From Laetmonice hystrix (lineage: Eukaryota), in NCBI GenBank assembly GCA_965235115.1, contig OZ249451.1, forward strand, positions 18,724,001 through 18,788,000: 64,000 nucleotides of DNA, read 5' to 3'. Under the pieces are notes generated by a model. The model did not search any database. It was given only the letters and a program-made list of their open reading frames with translations, and was not told where the DNA came from. Made by a program: the position numbers and the translations under genes. Shown piece by piece: positions 1 to 13,040 of the stretch (position 1 is its first letter; every line of letters begins with the position of its first letter).

Positions 1-190
1 GACCTCACAACAATGGTGTTTGTGGCGAGGACCGACCTCACAACAATGGTGTTTGTGGCGAGGACCGACCTCACAACAATGGTGTTTGTGGCGAGGACCG
101 ACCTCACAACGGTGGGGTTTGTGGCGAGGACCGACGCCTCACAACGATGGTTTGTGGCGAGGACCGACCTCACAACAATAGTGTTTGTGG
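1..190. repeat. 33-bp minisatellite (at least 5.5 copies, truncated by the window start)
   Basis: Unit GACCTCACAACAATGGTGTTTGTGGCGAGGACC. Confidence 0.95.
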
Positions 191-555
191 CTCCAAGAAT
201 GTTGCTGCGGTTTGCCAAATGAGACAATGCGTATTAATTGAAGGTCGATTTAGTTCTCTCCTAATATGCACCGTCAGTGAGAGTAACGGTCATACATACA
301 CAGCTGGTACCCGTGAATAATCTGGTGTTTGCATTATTGTCGGGAGAAATGTTTCCTGTTTCAAGTTTTGCTAAAACTGCAAACGCTGAAAACACATCAG
401 TAAAATAACGGAGAACCCCGAGTGGTTGGCTACAGTTGACTTAAACAGCCATCTACATGAATACAAACATTGACCGGTGCTTGCACAACGCACCATTTAC
501 ATATCTCTATGTGAAAGTGGCGCGCTCTCATTCCGGGAGTGCTACATTTGGCAGC

Positions 556-735
556 CGGGACGGGCCGGTGAGCGCTCGGGCCGGTGAGCGTATCGGGACG
601 GTTAGTGTATCAGTTGGGCCGGTTAGCATATCGGGACGGTTAGTGTATCGGTCAGGCCGGTTAGTGTATCGGTTGGGCCGGTGAGCGTATCGGGACGGTT
701 AGCATATCGGTCGGGCCGGTGAGGGTCGGGCGATG
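556..735. repeat. Degenerate GC-rich short tandem repeat (about 17-20 bp)
   Basis: Recurrent GG(G/A)CGGT(T/G)AG(T/C)(G/A)TATC. Confidence 0.8.
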
Positions 736-780
736 TGAACAGGGCCCAGACTGTGATAGTGGTAGCATTGATCGGATCTC

Positions 781-1424
781 CAATGTAGGGAGTGAGGGAG
801 GGGGCCCCAACAGCCCCTCACTGTGAGCCCCCCAGTCCCCCAGTCCCACCGTCCTCCAGTGTAGGGAGTGGAGGGAGGGGGCCCCAACAACCCCTCACTG
901 TGAGCCCCCCAGTCCCACCGTCCTCCAGTGTAGGGAGTGGAGGGAGGGGGCCCCAACAACCCCTCACTGTGAGCCCCCCAGTCCCACCGTCCTCCAGTGT
1001 AGGGAGTGAGAGAGGGGGCCCCAACAGCCCCTCACTGTGAGCCCCCCAGTCCCCCAGTCCCACCGTCCTCCAGTGTAGGGAGTGGAGGGAGGGGGCCCCA
1101 ACAACCCCTCACTGTGAGCCCCCCAGTCCCACCGTCCTCCAGTGTAGGGAGTGAGAGAGGGGGCCCCAACAGCCCCTCACTGTGAGCCCCCCCAGTCCCC
1201 CAGTCCCACCGTCCTCCAGTGTAGGGAGTGAGGGAGGGGGCCCCAACAACCCCTCACTGTGAGCCCCCCAGTCCCCCAGTCCCACCGTCCTCCAGTGTAG
1301 GGAGTGAGAGAGGGGGCCCCAACAGCCCCTCACTGTGAGCCCCCCCCCCAGCCCCCCAGTCCCACCGTCCTCCAGTGTAGGGAGTCAGAGAGGGGGCCCC
1401 AACAGTCCCTCACTGTGAGCCCCC
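781..1424. repeat. 68-77-bp minisatellite, about 9 copies, with both G-runs and C-runs
   Basis: Unit GTAGGGAGTG(G)AGGGAGGGGGCCCCAACA(A/G)CCCCTCACTGTGAGCCCCCCAGTC(CCCCAGTC)CCACCGTCCTCCAGT. Confidence 0.95.
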
Positions 1425-2762
1425 AGCCCGTCCCGCCGTCCCACAACGAGTACCCCACATATACTCTCAACCATTCATTTCACCCTCGATTGTTGGGTGT
1501 TGTTAACGGGTGGCCCTGGCGTCTACATTCCCGATCACCCCCCCCCCACCCCCCACCCCCCGGTACAAATCGGGGCGATGCGCCAAGAAAGTTTTCGACG
1601 TGGAAGGAGAGGTCTTACACGGCATTAGGCGACCCAACACTCGTCTGCCCAAAACAGCTAGTTGATTTTTTTATTCCACCCTTCATTAAATAAATACGCC
1701 CAATTCCTGGGCCTATTGTATTTTATCGCGCATGGATCTAATTTACAATTCTATGGAACGCGTTAATGTATTTTATCGTTCTGCCTAGCAAAATTACGGC
1801 TCATATTTATTCTGCTTTATTCCATGGGGAGACACATTTCGTAACGCATGTCAAATTTCAGCTGTTAAAATAACACGATAACTCATCTCCATCAGGTAAA
1901 ACGAGCTATAAATTTCGCATGAATGACGCAGATTTTAAATGTAGATCCATCTGAATTTGATCTATTAATAGCCATCCCGTTGTTCCCATTGACAGTGCCA
2001 GATTGGCATGCCTTCACTGACAGCCCACATGCCCAATACGAGGTCGCTATATTCTATTTTTATGACATTTCTCCCACACACTGGCGGTTGGTAGAATTGG
2101 CTAATGTGGCAATGTGAACCTTTACGCCTATGTCGTGCCACAGATCACGGAAGCTTTCATTAAACTTTGATGCTTCACCGAGCAGCCGCACTGTTTGGGA
2201 GACCAACCATAGATTGTGATGCCAACCTTTTAAAATTTCAAATACACCATTAGCAGTTGCACAATACAGGACCATTATCATTCAAACATTCACGGCGTAT
2301 TACAATCAATGTACACGGGGACACATCAGTATAGATTACGAACTCTCTCCACCACTGAGAGACAGAAAAATCAGCTTCTTCTTCATGGAGAAACAAACAC
2401 GAAAAAACTACTGCTTCTCCCTTGGAACTACTTCCAATGAGAGCTAAACAATATGTTATTCCCACCGGTCTGTCCGTCCTGAGGAGCAGAGCATTAATAT
2501 GGTAAATATGGTGTATCGCTGCCCAGTCACGTACGTTCTCTAGCTAGCCAATCTCCCCTGGTCGTATGAAATCTGAGCATGGCCACAACACTGGTGATGG
2601 AATGGACTTTAAGTGATTGCTACAGGAGCTTGGCACTCGGAAATCTGAATAGTTTCAACTGTTCAAGAAAACAACAGCCAGCAATACATTCTATTCCGTC
2701 ATGTTCCCCGACCACAGCGCTAGTCCCTAAATGCAACGAAATTTTTAATACCTTTTTATATA

Positions 2763-3167
2763 CAGGGTGTCCCAAAGAAATTGCGCCACCATATTTTCAC
2801 ACCTATCACATTTGCGGGCTTCACATGTGTTAGAGGGAATCTTTTGTCAAGAATAATGGTCTTTATTTCATCTTGATTGGCCAATGCATTCATGAATTAT
2901 GTTACTTTTCGGTCATCAAATTCATGCCTCTGAATTACTGTGAGGCAGCGTGATGTCCATGAGGATTACACATCACGCTGCCTGACAGTGACATTCAAAG
3001 TCATGACTTTGATGAATAAAAAGTAACATAATTCATGAGAGCATTGACCAATCAGGATAAAATAAAGACCATTAATTTAAAAAAAAACAAATTTCTATAA
3101 CTTATGTGAAGCTTGCAAATGTGACAGGTGTACAACTATGGTTGTGCAATTTTATTGGGACACCCTG
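2763..3167. mobile_element. Tc1/mariner-type MITE (near-complete foldback, about 405 bp)
   Basis: Starts CAGGGTGTCCCAA and ends TTGGGACACCCTG, flanked by TA (2761-62, 3168-69). The arms stay roughly 80% complementary (by eye) for about 195 bp. Confidence 0.85.
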
Positions 3168-3859
3168 TATAACACTTCTCTCCATTAATCAGAAGTACTG
3201 ACTTCTACCTAAATGATACTTAATGCATGAGATTTAAATATTTAATCTATAAAATATGTGAAAAAGACTTTACCTTCAAAGGTATAAAACATGTAGCCCC
3301 AGAAATGGGTTGGGTAAAAGTACCTGCTCCTTTGTTCCCAATTGCCTACACTACTCGCCATGAGGGGTATTGTTTGTCCTGCTGACGAATGCTTCCCCTG
3401 GCCATGGCTCTGGAAAATACCGATTTCCAATTTTCCGCTTTGTGTTCTTCATGCCGGGATCCAATCAGTCATGCACTCGAAAGGCACTCCCGACGTTTTC
3501 CATCCTTGAAGTTGGCGACCTCTAACCTGTACTAGCCTCTCCCGAGATTCCCTTTTAGGTATAGAGTCAAGATATGCCTGTTCACGTCCTGGATGCCACT
3601 TCTGATCACAAACACCAAGCCAACCAGGCCCGCCACACCATCGCCATCTAAAATTACCCCACTTTAGCAGAGGAAGCAGAGTGCGTGACTTGGCAAGGGT
3701 GAAAAATAGCCCTGTGATAGTCAGTTGTAGGCCTGTTCCACTCGGCGAGGGAGGTTGAACCGCCGGGAACACAGGTAGCATGCTCGGCCCCCGCCCGCCC
3801 GGCCACTTGTCCGGCCGTCCAGACCGCCCTACCTGTGTGCGGAGGTCATGATGAACCAA

Positions 3860-4340
3860 AACATGTTCTATAGCCTCATCAGGTGGGAGGAACATGTTCT
3901 AGCCTCCTCAGGTTGGAGGAACATGTTCTAGCCCCATCGGGTTGGGGAACATGTTCTAGCCTCATCAGGTGGGAGGAACATGTTCTAGCCTCATCGGGTT
4001 GGAGAAACATGTTCTAGCCTCATCGGGTTGGAGAAACATGTTCTAGCCTCATCAGGTTGGAGGAACATGTTCTAGCCTCATCGGGTTGGAGGAACATGTT
4101 CTAGCCTCATCAGGTTGGAGGAATATGTTCTAGCCCCACCGGGTTGGAGGAACGTGTTCTAGCCTCATCAGTTTGGAGGAACATGTTCTATAGCCTCATC
4201 AGTTTGGGGGAACATGTTCTATAGCCTCATCAGGTTGGAGGAACTTGTTCTAGCCTCATCAGGTTGGAGGAACATGTTCTATAGCCTCATCAGGTTGGCG
4301 GAACTTGCTCTAGCCTCATTAGTTAGCGGAACATTTTCTA
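3860..4340. repeat. 29/31-bp minisatellite, about 16 copies
   Basis: Unit GGAGGAACATGTTCT(AT)AGCCTCATCAGGTT, containing the palindrome GAACATGTTC. Confidence 0.95.
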
Positions 4341-4461
4341 GTCTCATTGGATTATCGGGAGGAATACCCTGGTAATGGACGCTCACCGGACGCTGAACAA
4401 TTACACGACCTCCATCTAATTGAGACTCATCAGGCGACTGGCAGGTAACTACATTGGACCT

Positions 4462-5419
4462 ATGCTGTAAGTGTGGCGTCCATATAACTGAGGCAGCAGT
4501 CTCTGCTGTAAGTGTGGTGTCCATATAACTGGAGGCAGCAGTCTCTGCTGTAAGTGTGGTGTCCATATAACTGGAGGCAGCAGTCTCTGCTGTAAGTGTG
4601 GCGTCCATATAACTGGAGGCAGCAGTCTCTGCTGTAAGTGTGGTGTCCATATAACTGGAGGCAGCAGTCTCTGCTGTAAGTACGGTGTCCATATAACTGG
4701 AGGCAGCAGTCTCTGCTGTAAGTGTGGTGTCCATATAACTGGAGGCAGCAGTCTCTGCTGTAAGTGTGGCGTCCATATAACTGGAGGCAGCAGTCTCTGC
4801 TGTAAGTATGGCGTCCATATAACTGGAGGCAGCAGTCTCTGCTGTAAGTGTGGTGTCCATAACTGGAGGCAGCAGTCTCTGCTGTAAGTGTGGTGTCCAT
4901 AACTGGAGGCAGCAGTCTTTGCTGTAAGTATGGCGTCCATATAACTGGAGGCAGCAGTCTCTGCTGTAAGTGTGGTGTCCATATAACTGGAGGCAGCAGT
5001 CTCTGCTGTAAGTGTGGTGTTCATATAACTGGAGGCAGCAGTCTCTGCTGTAAGTGTGGTGTTCATATAACTGGAGGCAGCAGTCTCTGCTGTAAGTGTG
5101 GTGTCCATATAACTGGAGGCAGCAGTCTCTGCTGTAAGTGTGGTGTCCATATAACTGGAGGCAGCAGTCTCTGCTGTAAGTGTGGTGTTCATATAACTGG
5201 AGGCAGCAGTCTCTGCTGTTAGTGTGGTGTTCATATAACTGGAGGCAGCAGTCTCTGCTGTAAGTGTGGTGTTCATATAACTGGAGGCAGCAGTCTCTGC
5301 TGTAAGTGTGGTGTTCATATAACTGGAGGCAGCAGTCTCTGCTGTAAGTGTGGTGTCCATATAACTGGAGGCAGCAGTCTCTGATGTAAGTGTGGCGTCC
5401 ATATAACTGGAGGCAGCAG
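4462..5419. repeat. 42-bp minisatellite (some 40-bp units), about 23 copies
   Basis: Unit TGTAAGTGTGGTGTCCATATAACTGGAGGCAGCAGTCTCTGC. Confidence 0.97.
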
Positions 5420-5469
5420 ACGGAGTGGGGCATGTCAGAATTGTCTATACTCATCTTTGGCCGGACCAG

Positions 5470-5973
5470 GGCCCAGTTTTTCAAAAATTTTCAACTTGAT
5501 TAAGCTTACTTAAGTAAACTAACAGGCTTCCGATTGGCTGGCCTACGCAGACCAGCCAATCAGAAGCCTGTAAGTCTACTTAAAGGGATTAGAAAAGTTC
5601 AAACTATCAATATAAGGGTGTTCAGCATGAACAAGCTTGTTCTTACCTACAATTCTGTGATTATCTGATCTTAATAAAGGAATAATCAACCGAAATGTAG
5701 AGACATTCTCCTGCTGGCTTCGTCCGTTTGTTTACCCTATTTGGCCGTTATCTCAATCTATTAATAGTCATAGCTCCCGCTGTCTCGCGTGAGAAATAGC
5801 GAATGACCCGGGCGGTATTTTTAAAAAGTCGTCCTTGACAGTGTTCCACTTATCGGTGTGACCTTAGACACTTTATATGGTGTTACTGGTGTTCAAAGGT
5901 ACGTTAGTGAGGAACCTTTGCTGTAGGTTTAAGTAAGCTTTACTCAAGTTGAGAATTGTTGAAATACTGGCCC
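5470..5973. mobile_element. PIF/Harbinger-like (PHIS) MITE
   Basis: About 45-bp imperfect TIR GGCCCAGTTTTTCAAAAATTTTCAACTTGATTAAGCTTACTTAA vs rc GGGCCAGTATTTCAACAATTCTCAACTTGAGTAAAGCTTACTTAA. Flanks CAG/CTG. Internal hairpin caggcttccgattggctgg...ccagccaatcagaagcctg at about 5523-5570. Confidence 0.75.
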
Positions 5974-6914
5974 CTGGAATCCAGGCACAGACGTGCTTTT
6001 CTTACTATAGTTATTGAAATCAAAGTACTAGAAAACAACTATACAGATACAAGTATTTGTAATAAAAACTCTGTCTGTAACTCAGCCCATCCGAACGATC
6101 CGAACGAAAAACCCATCCCATTAATTTGGATATTGCTCTTGCACAAACAGGCCTTTGTATATTTCTAAAATGTATCTGGTGGCACAGCCCTGGTCAGACT
6201 GTCTGCAGTGCCTGCGGAGACATCAGACCCTCAGAGATCAGCGACAATAGGAGGTCTGGCGGGCAGTTGCCATCATTCCTGACCTCAGACTGTGATTGTG
6301 ATCTGGGTGAGGTCGGGACGTGTCGGGACTCCGGTCACAGACCTATCTCTTCTAACCCACATCACGGACCAACCCTGGTTCTGCCACCTTCCTGCTCGTT
6401 TGATATTGTATCGGACGGTTTTATCAGTGTACCTCAGGCTCAGAGTAGGGTCCAGGGGGGATGCCCCCCTCCACCCCACCCACACCTCAGATATTTTTGT
6501 CAAACAGGACCTGTGAGGGGGATCGATCGACACGGAAGATCATCAAAGGATTTGATTTGAATTCCCTTTCACAGCCACTGAAATATCCGCCCGTGGGTCC
6601 GCGAGGGACTGGGTCTTTACAATGGACTTTAAATCACGCAGTCATCCATGTATGTAAACCCTCTTAATCAGTACCTTCCTACTCAGCGGGATAGAATGAA
6701 ACGATTACTTGAAATACGGCTACTTAACCTGAAGTCACCTGGAAAATAACTGTTATTAACCAGCTCGGACTTCAGCTCAATTAGTCTTCAATGTACATGT
6801 CTGAATATAGCATTATAACTCTACACGTGTAATTGGTAACACCACTGGGGGTTGGTGAATTATTATGAGCGTCAACTGGCGATGTAATTACTCATTTACA
6901 TCTAAATGCCTCCT

Positions 6915-7630
6915 ATGCCTCCGCTATCCTGGGTTAAAAATGGCAGTCACTATGCATCCGCCATCCTAGGGTAAAAATGGCAGTCACTATGCCTCCGCCA
7001 TCCTGGGGTAAAAATGACAGTCACTATGCCTCCGCCATCCTGGGGTACAAATGACAGTCACTATGCCTCCGCCATCCTGAGGTAAAAATGACAGTCACTA
7101 TGCCTCCGCCATCCTGGGGTAAAAATGACAGTCACTATGCCTCCGCCATCCTGGGGTAAAATGACAGTCACTATGCCTCCGCTATCCTAGGGTAAAAATG
7201 ACAGTCACTATGCCTCCGCCATCCTGGGGTAAAATGACAGTCACTATGCCTCCGCTATCCTAGGGTAAAAATGACAGTCACTATGCCTCCGCCATCCTGG
7301 GGTACAAATGACAGTCACTATGCCTCCGCCATCCTGGGGTAAAATGACAGTCACTATGCCTCCGCTATCCTAGGGTACAAATGACAGTCACTATGCCTCC
7401 GCCATCCTGAGGTAAAAATGACAGTCACTATGCCTCCGCCATCCTAGGGTACAAATGACAGTCACTATGCCTCCGCCATCCTAGGGTAAAAATGACAGTC
7501 ACTATGCCTCCGCCATCCTGGGGTACAAATGACAGTCACTATGCCTCCGCCATCCTGGGGTAAAAATGACAGTCACTATGCATCCGCTATCCTGGGGTAG
7601 AAATCACAGTCACTATGCCTCCGCCATCCC
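6915..7630. repeat. 37-bp minisatellite, about 19 copies
   Basis: Unit AAAATGACAGTCACTATGCCTCCGCCATCCTGGGGTA. Confidence 0.97.
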
Positions 7631-8871
7631 AGAAGTAGCAGCGGCACGGTGACTGTCTGCTCGCTCAGTAAAAGTGATGACAAAATGACGATCAGTTTGA
7701 CGTTCTGCTTGAAGACGGCCGTGGAATGTGCATGGTTTGCGGGGCAATAATCCGATCTGACTAAACTGGCCAGCTTCCCGCTGTCCACGGCCTATCGGAG
7801 TGTTTAGTGTGCAGTCTCCGGGCACTCAGGGCCCCCTATAGAAGTGGTCTGTTCTCGTTCTCCGCCTTCCCCGCCCAGCCCCGGTCTCCGCCAATGCCAG
7901 CATCATTCGACAGTTGACAAGTCTCGACGACCTCAGTGACATAACCCATCGATTGGTATTCCCACCAACAACTCCCATTTCTTGGCTACAAACGTTTTAC
8001 GGTATTTTTTTGTTCACCAAGTGTGCATACCCCGATATGGGCGTCTCAAGTTTGCCCTGCCTTAATTCTAACCACGCCTTGTGTGCAGCTGTGTGCAGCT
8101 GTGTGCAGCTGGCTTCTACCTCGAGTTGGAAACCTGACACAAGGAAAAAGTCTACTGCCAAAGAAGGTGAAGGAAAACTATTCCACCAAACGCGTCCTGC
8201 CGTGCTGCTAAGTCCTTAGAGTTGACCCTTTGCCCTTGTTACCATACCGAACGGTCATGTATATGATAACAGATCGGGAGAAAGGGACTGAAAAAGGTCG
8301 TTATATTAACCACTGAAGAGATGTAAATGCTAAAGTACAGAGAGATACATTTCCCAGAGGACAACCCTCCATAGATAACATACATTACTCGTGGTTGCTA
8401 AATGCGATGGGAGAAGACGGAACTGTAACATCCCACAAGAATATGTTGAATGTTTTTTATGTACGTCATAGAAATTCCTGCCTCTGGTCTCCTCGACTCC
8501 ACGGGGACGTATCCACGTCTCTACAATGGCATGCCGGGATAGACGCTTCAGACTGCTACATCTAACAATGGGGGAGAATATGTCACGGTTGTAGGTCCCG
8601 TGAGCAGACTATAATGGTAGGAAGTCAAGGTTTCTGCGGGCCACCCTTCACAACACTGCCAGTGAGGCGGCGAGATTTTCTAACGTTCTATCCATGTGGC
8701 CCTTTGGGGTATCTCAAGTGGAAGGGATCACCGGGAGAGTGGGGTGGGGTGGGGTGGGGTGGGGGGAATCTAGGACCAGACGCAATCTGACACCTTCAGA
8801 CTTCCTGAACAGTTTCCTCACCCACCCCTCCTCACCCACCCCTCCCCGCCTTCCTCCAGAACAACCCTTGA

Positions 8872-9257
8872 TCTACTATCCCGAGAATCACCACCCAACC
8901 AGACATGGCCTACTATCCCGAGAATCACCACCCAATCAGACATGGCCTACTATCCCGAGAATCAACACCCAATCAGACATGGCCTACTATCCCGAGAATC
9001 AACACCCAATCAGACATGGCCTACCATCCCGAGAATCACCACCCAATCAGACATGGCCTACTATCCCGAGAATCAACACCCCATCAGACATGGCCTACTA
9101 TCCCGAGAATCACCACCCAATCAGACATGGCCTACTATCCCGAGAATCAACACCCAATCAGACATGGCCTACTATCCCGAGAATCAACACCCAATCAGAC
9201 ATGGCCTACTATCCCGAGAATCAACACCCAATCAGCCATGGTCTACTATCCCGAGAA
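8872..9257. repeat. 37-bp minisatellite, about 10 copies
   Basis: Unit CTACTATCCCGAGAATCA(A/C)CACCCAATCAGACATGGC. Confidence 0.97.
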
Positions 9258-9449
9258 TGAAGTACCATTCCGCCGTTAAATCGAGCCACCCGAAACCACA
9301 GACATAACCATGTGTAAGCGCTGTCGTCAATTGTCAGTGAAGCCGTCGTTTAACCCGGCCTCGGTAGAAAAGCCAATGAGTCCGCTAAATGGCATCGCTT
9401 GTGTGTGCCAACGGTCTTAACGGCTGCTGGCTTGTCGTCCTAAATCACG

Positions 9450-9540
9450 GTTCTCCTTATATAGCCGAGTGGGGAACAACAACTCCAGATCCAAGTTACG
9501 TTAATTAGATGGAATTGGACCGCCGATCACGTGATCAATG
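9450..9540 (-). promoter_or_regulatory. Possible core promoter: TATA/CArG-like CTATATAAGG plus an E-box palindrome
   Basis: CCTTATATAG at 9455-9464 and GATCACGTGATC at 9525-9536. Motif evidence only. Confidence 0.2.
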
Positions 9541-10870
9541 TGACCTGATTACATAATGACATAGACTGGCCCCATCCAGGATGGTTCAGCGACAACCGGA
9601 AACTACAGTCAAACGTCCTAAACTTTTCTGGTAAATAAAAGGAACTCGACTTATTTCCATCTTGTGAAATAACTACTCTCTCACACCGATCTTTCGATTT
9701 CTGTTAATTAATCTCTTACAGCTACTGATAAAAAAAAGAAAATTAACAATCAATTTATAGTATACTTCAGTGAGTTTCAAACTTTTTGCAGTATTGTCTT
9801 TTTTTGGCCTAATTCAATTAACCCTTAAGTCGAAGATGTTGAGCATTATTACTTGGGAACTAGAATGATGAGCCTTCCCTGGCTCCTCGTTATGCTCAGA
9901 CCTCAAGATGTGCCTTCCCATCCATATGCTGATAATCTTCGGGAACAGACATCGAGGCTATAAGAACTGCCTCCAACCCAACCACTGCTGCTGTTCCCAC
10001 GCTCAGCCGATAAGATAAACTAACTCCGTTTTCTGGCTAGACAAACTGCAATTCTCTCAAAGCAATATAAAATATGCTTCGGGGAAGACATTGCCTTGGA
10101 TTATCAGCAGAAAAGGGAAGGCTTTGTATGGGATTAACCCAGGCTTGTGGGCGGGTGGCACCGTCTCCAGGGGACAGGGTAGGGAGAGTATGTGTGTGCT
10201 AGTCTCAGACTGGCGCCAAGCATCAGTTCAGATCGGGCTGAGGCTCCCATGGTGGAGATACCGACAAGGTTCCTTTCTGGGGTTCGCGTATCTAGAGCGG
10301 CGTCTGGGCCAGGGCGTCTGGTGGGATGGTGAGGGGGGGGGGGGGGGCTTGGTGGGAACCGAGTGGGGAAGCTTCTTTATCAATAGCTCAGCCTCTGTAA
10401 CTTCTGAGTTCCACGTTATGCCATCACGGATGCCACCAGTATTGCCTTCTGTTGCCATGTCTTTATGCATGCTCACATTCGCGCCCATTTGCTAAAATGA
10501 ACGCTCACAGATCCTGCACGGGACCCTGGGTAAGCCGCAGGGGACCAGGCACCGCTTGCCGAACTAGGCCCATTTCTTTCGAGAAGCTATATGGCCGATG
10601 TTCCCGTGACACTGGCCTAACCGGCGGTTAAACCAAAGACAAACACCCAGCGTAAGTTTAAAACAAAGAAATATCACTGCTTGATGCCCTTCTTCGATAG
10701 GCCTAGGTCTACTTAATGTCACTGGCGTAGTAAGCTAACGAGTGAGGTGGCGCGCATGTTCCTATTTGGGCCGTGAGTGATATGTAATCTGTGAGAGTGC
10801 TTTCCGCGAACGAACGAAGATTGCCGAAGATTGCCGAAAGGACTCGAGTGTGAGAATGGTCTTTATGGTG

Positions 10871-11064
10871 NNNNNNNNNNNNNNNNNNNNNNNNNNNNNN
10901 NNNNNNNNNNNNNNNNNNNNNNNNNNNNNNNNNNNNNNNNNNNNNNNNNNNNNNNNNNNNNNNNNNNNNNNNNNNNNNNNNNNNNNNNNNNNNNNNNNNN
11001 NNNNNNNNNNNNNNNNNNNNNNNNNNNNNNNNNNNNNNNNNNNNNNNNNNNNNNNNNNNNNNNN
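10871..11064. other. Assembly gap (N)
   Basis: Run of N. Confidence 1.
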
Positions 11065-13040
11065 CCATCCCTACCCCTCACTCTCTCTGCATTCCTACAC
11101 TCTCACTAAATCCTACGTTGCCTCAACTATTTCCCGACTTGTCACGGGATTAACACAGTATTCTTTGTGAAAGGAATTGACGGGGAATTAACAAACACAG
11201 GGCATCTCTGGGCGGAGAAAAGGTCCTCTCGTTGAGCACAAGAGAGGTTTCAGTGTCTGATATTCACAACAAAACACTAGATTCCCTGGAGGCCTGAATT
11301 ACCGTCCGCAGCCATTCTCCTCGACAGGGCCGATGACATACAAATGGCAGAAAATGGCTGAAAGGCATTTGAATATCCAGTTTATGGCTAAAAGCTAAAG
11401 CGCTACCATTACACGTGCCCTTGATATCTGAAAAGTATTAACGGCCATAGCACTCCGGTAATGTACTTCCAACAGAAATTTGAGTGCCGCGATCAATACA
11501 TATTCTTGCAGAAATACGATTTATGAATAGTATATAGTGCTGTATATCTAGGTTGTACCGCCAGGGGATCAATACTCTAGACTGTTACTGTGGGCATTTC
11601 TTATGATACATTCACCATTTACAGCCACCGCCACTGTCAGCCCAGCATGTTTCCGGACCACAGTTCTTACACCAAGCGATGGACTAATTCGATCAGACTT
11701 TCATAATGTCCTAATGATATGCACTGATCTATACACGATCAGATAGGGAGACACTATACTAGCAATCAACTAACCTAGTAGACTCGGTCTTGATATAGTT
11801 AATCATTTCTATTTTACGAGCTGAGGTCACTTGTCCTATTCAGGATCATGAAACTTACTGGATATCATTCCTCGACATAAACTCAAAATATAAAGTGAGG
11901 AACATAAGAAACCCCCAAGAGGGAACAACCTCTACAAAACATTAAATAGACGCAAAGAGAATTCATCAGAAAAAATGAATATGAATTATGTTAAACTACA
12001 TAATATTCATCTTGACCGCTGATCTCCAAAAGGACCGACCGAACGTAGAGATCTAACGAAGACTCTGTGTGTTTGATGTTTTGAAGATCAGCCCGACTCG
12101 TGGTCTCATGCTTGGCAAGCTTTGATTATAGATGTCTGCGTATCTTAAAAATCGATGTAATTTCAGTGCGATTTATCCTCGTAATGAAATTATATATCTG
12201 CAGGACTGCAAGGGGTTTCGTGTACCCTTATATTTAATATTGAATATGTTAAAAAAAATATACATTATGTACAAACAATAGGCCACAATTCGAATCCTGA
12301 CGTCTGCGAATACGATAAACTTTCTTCACATCAAAACGCCTGAATGCAGGGGTCAGGAATGACAACACATCACTGTACATTACATACGTTGATATATATA
12401 CGTACACAAATATACCCAGGTATATTATATTCTGGTTGCTGAAGATAAGCGATCGATAGATGTAATGACTCCTTGCTCCATGGGTTCACGGTCTGGTATG
12501 GCGATCCAACATTAGAAAAAACAGTAGCTGTCCAATATGGGGACATTAGATACTTCATACAACGACCTGACGACCTCATCCCCGCCACCCCGGTCCGCGA
12601 TCCCTACCCCCACCCCCACCCTCACCCCAGCGGTCGGTGGATTCACCCTGATCCACCAGTCAGCAGTGGCCAGGGTCCCCAACATTCCGGTCCACAGCCA
12701 GTCTGGTGATATCAATACTACAAATACTATCACGCAATGTTGATCGTAGACAACCCGGAAGTACAATTTCATTGTCATAATGGACATGCCCTACAGATAA
12801 TTAGTTTGAATTCTGCGACTGTTGCTGGCCTGGTTTCTCATGGTGGCTAACATTTCGCAAAGGCTTTATGAGGCATGACAATCCTCTCATCGACTTCAGC
12901 TTCAGGTCGGAGTCGGCACCTTTTTGTTCATCATTTATTCTGTGTAAAAGGAAAGAATATCCGCGAGATATCGGTGGTAAGAAACCCTGCCTGCGTTCCT
13001 AATTCTTCATCAGCCATTATGGAAGCTCATCAGATTATCT

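Noticed and set aside
4279-5484. 401-aa and 317-aa ORFs (MDTTLTAETAASSY / CCLQLYEHHTYSRD repeats)
   Set aside because: They are products of a 42-bp (multiple-of-3) minisatellite read in several frames. The 40-bp variants shift frame, and there is no domain or splice support.
8455-8570. SOCS-box-like CSSLKRLSRHAIV on the minus strand, and exon candidates at 3300-3650 and 11610-11690
   Set aside because: Short motif-level resemblance only. No consistent gene model or recognisable family.
8694-9307. Overlapping ORFs with YYPENQHPIRHG repeats (also 22553-24005 ORFs)
   Set aside because: Minisatellite translations open in several frames at once.
10800-10868. MITE-like end (rc TAAAGACCATTCTCACACT with GAAGATTGCC repeats)
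   Set aside because: No matching second TIR found upstream, and it lies beside an assembly gap.
10709-11170. ORFs spanning N-gaps (also 16529-17307, 34455-34916)
   Set aside because: They are open only because N codons translate as X.
12528-12580. LRR-like LSNMGTLDTSYNDLT
   Set aside because: A single motif with no neighbouring repeats. Likely chance.
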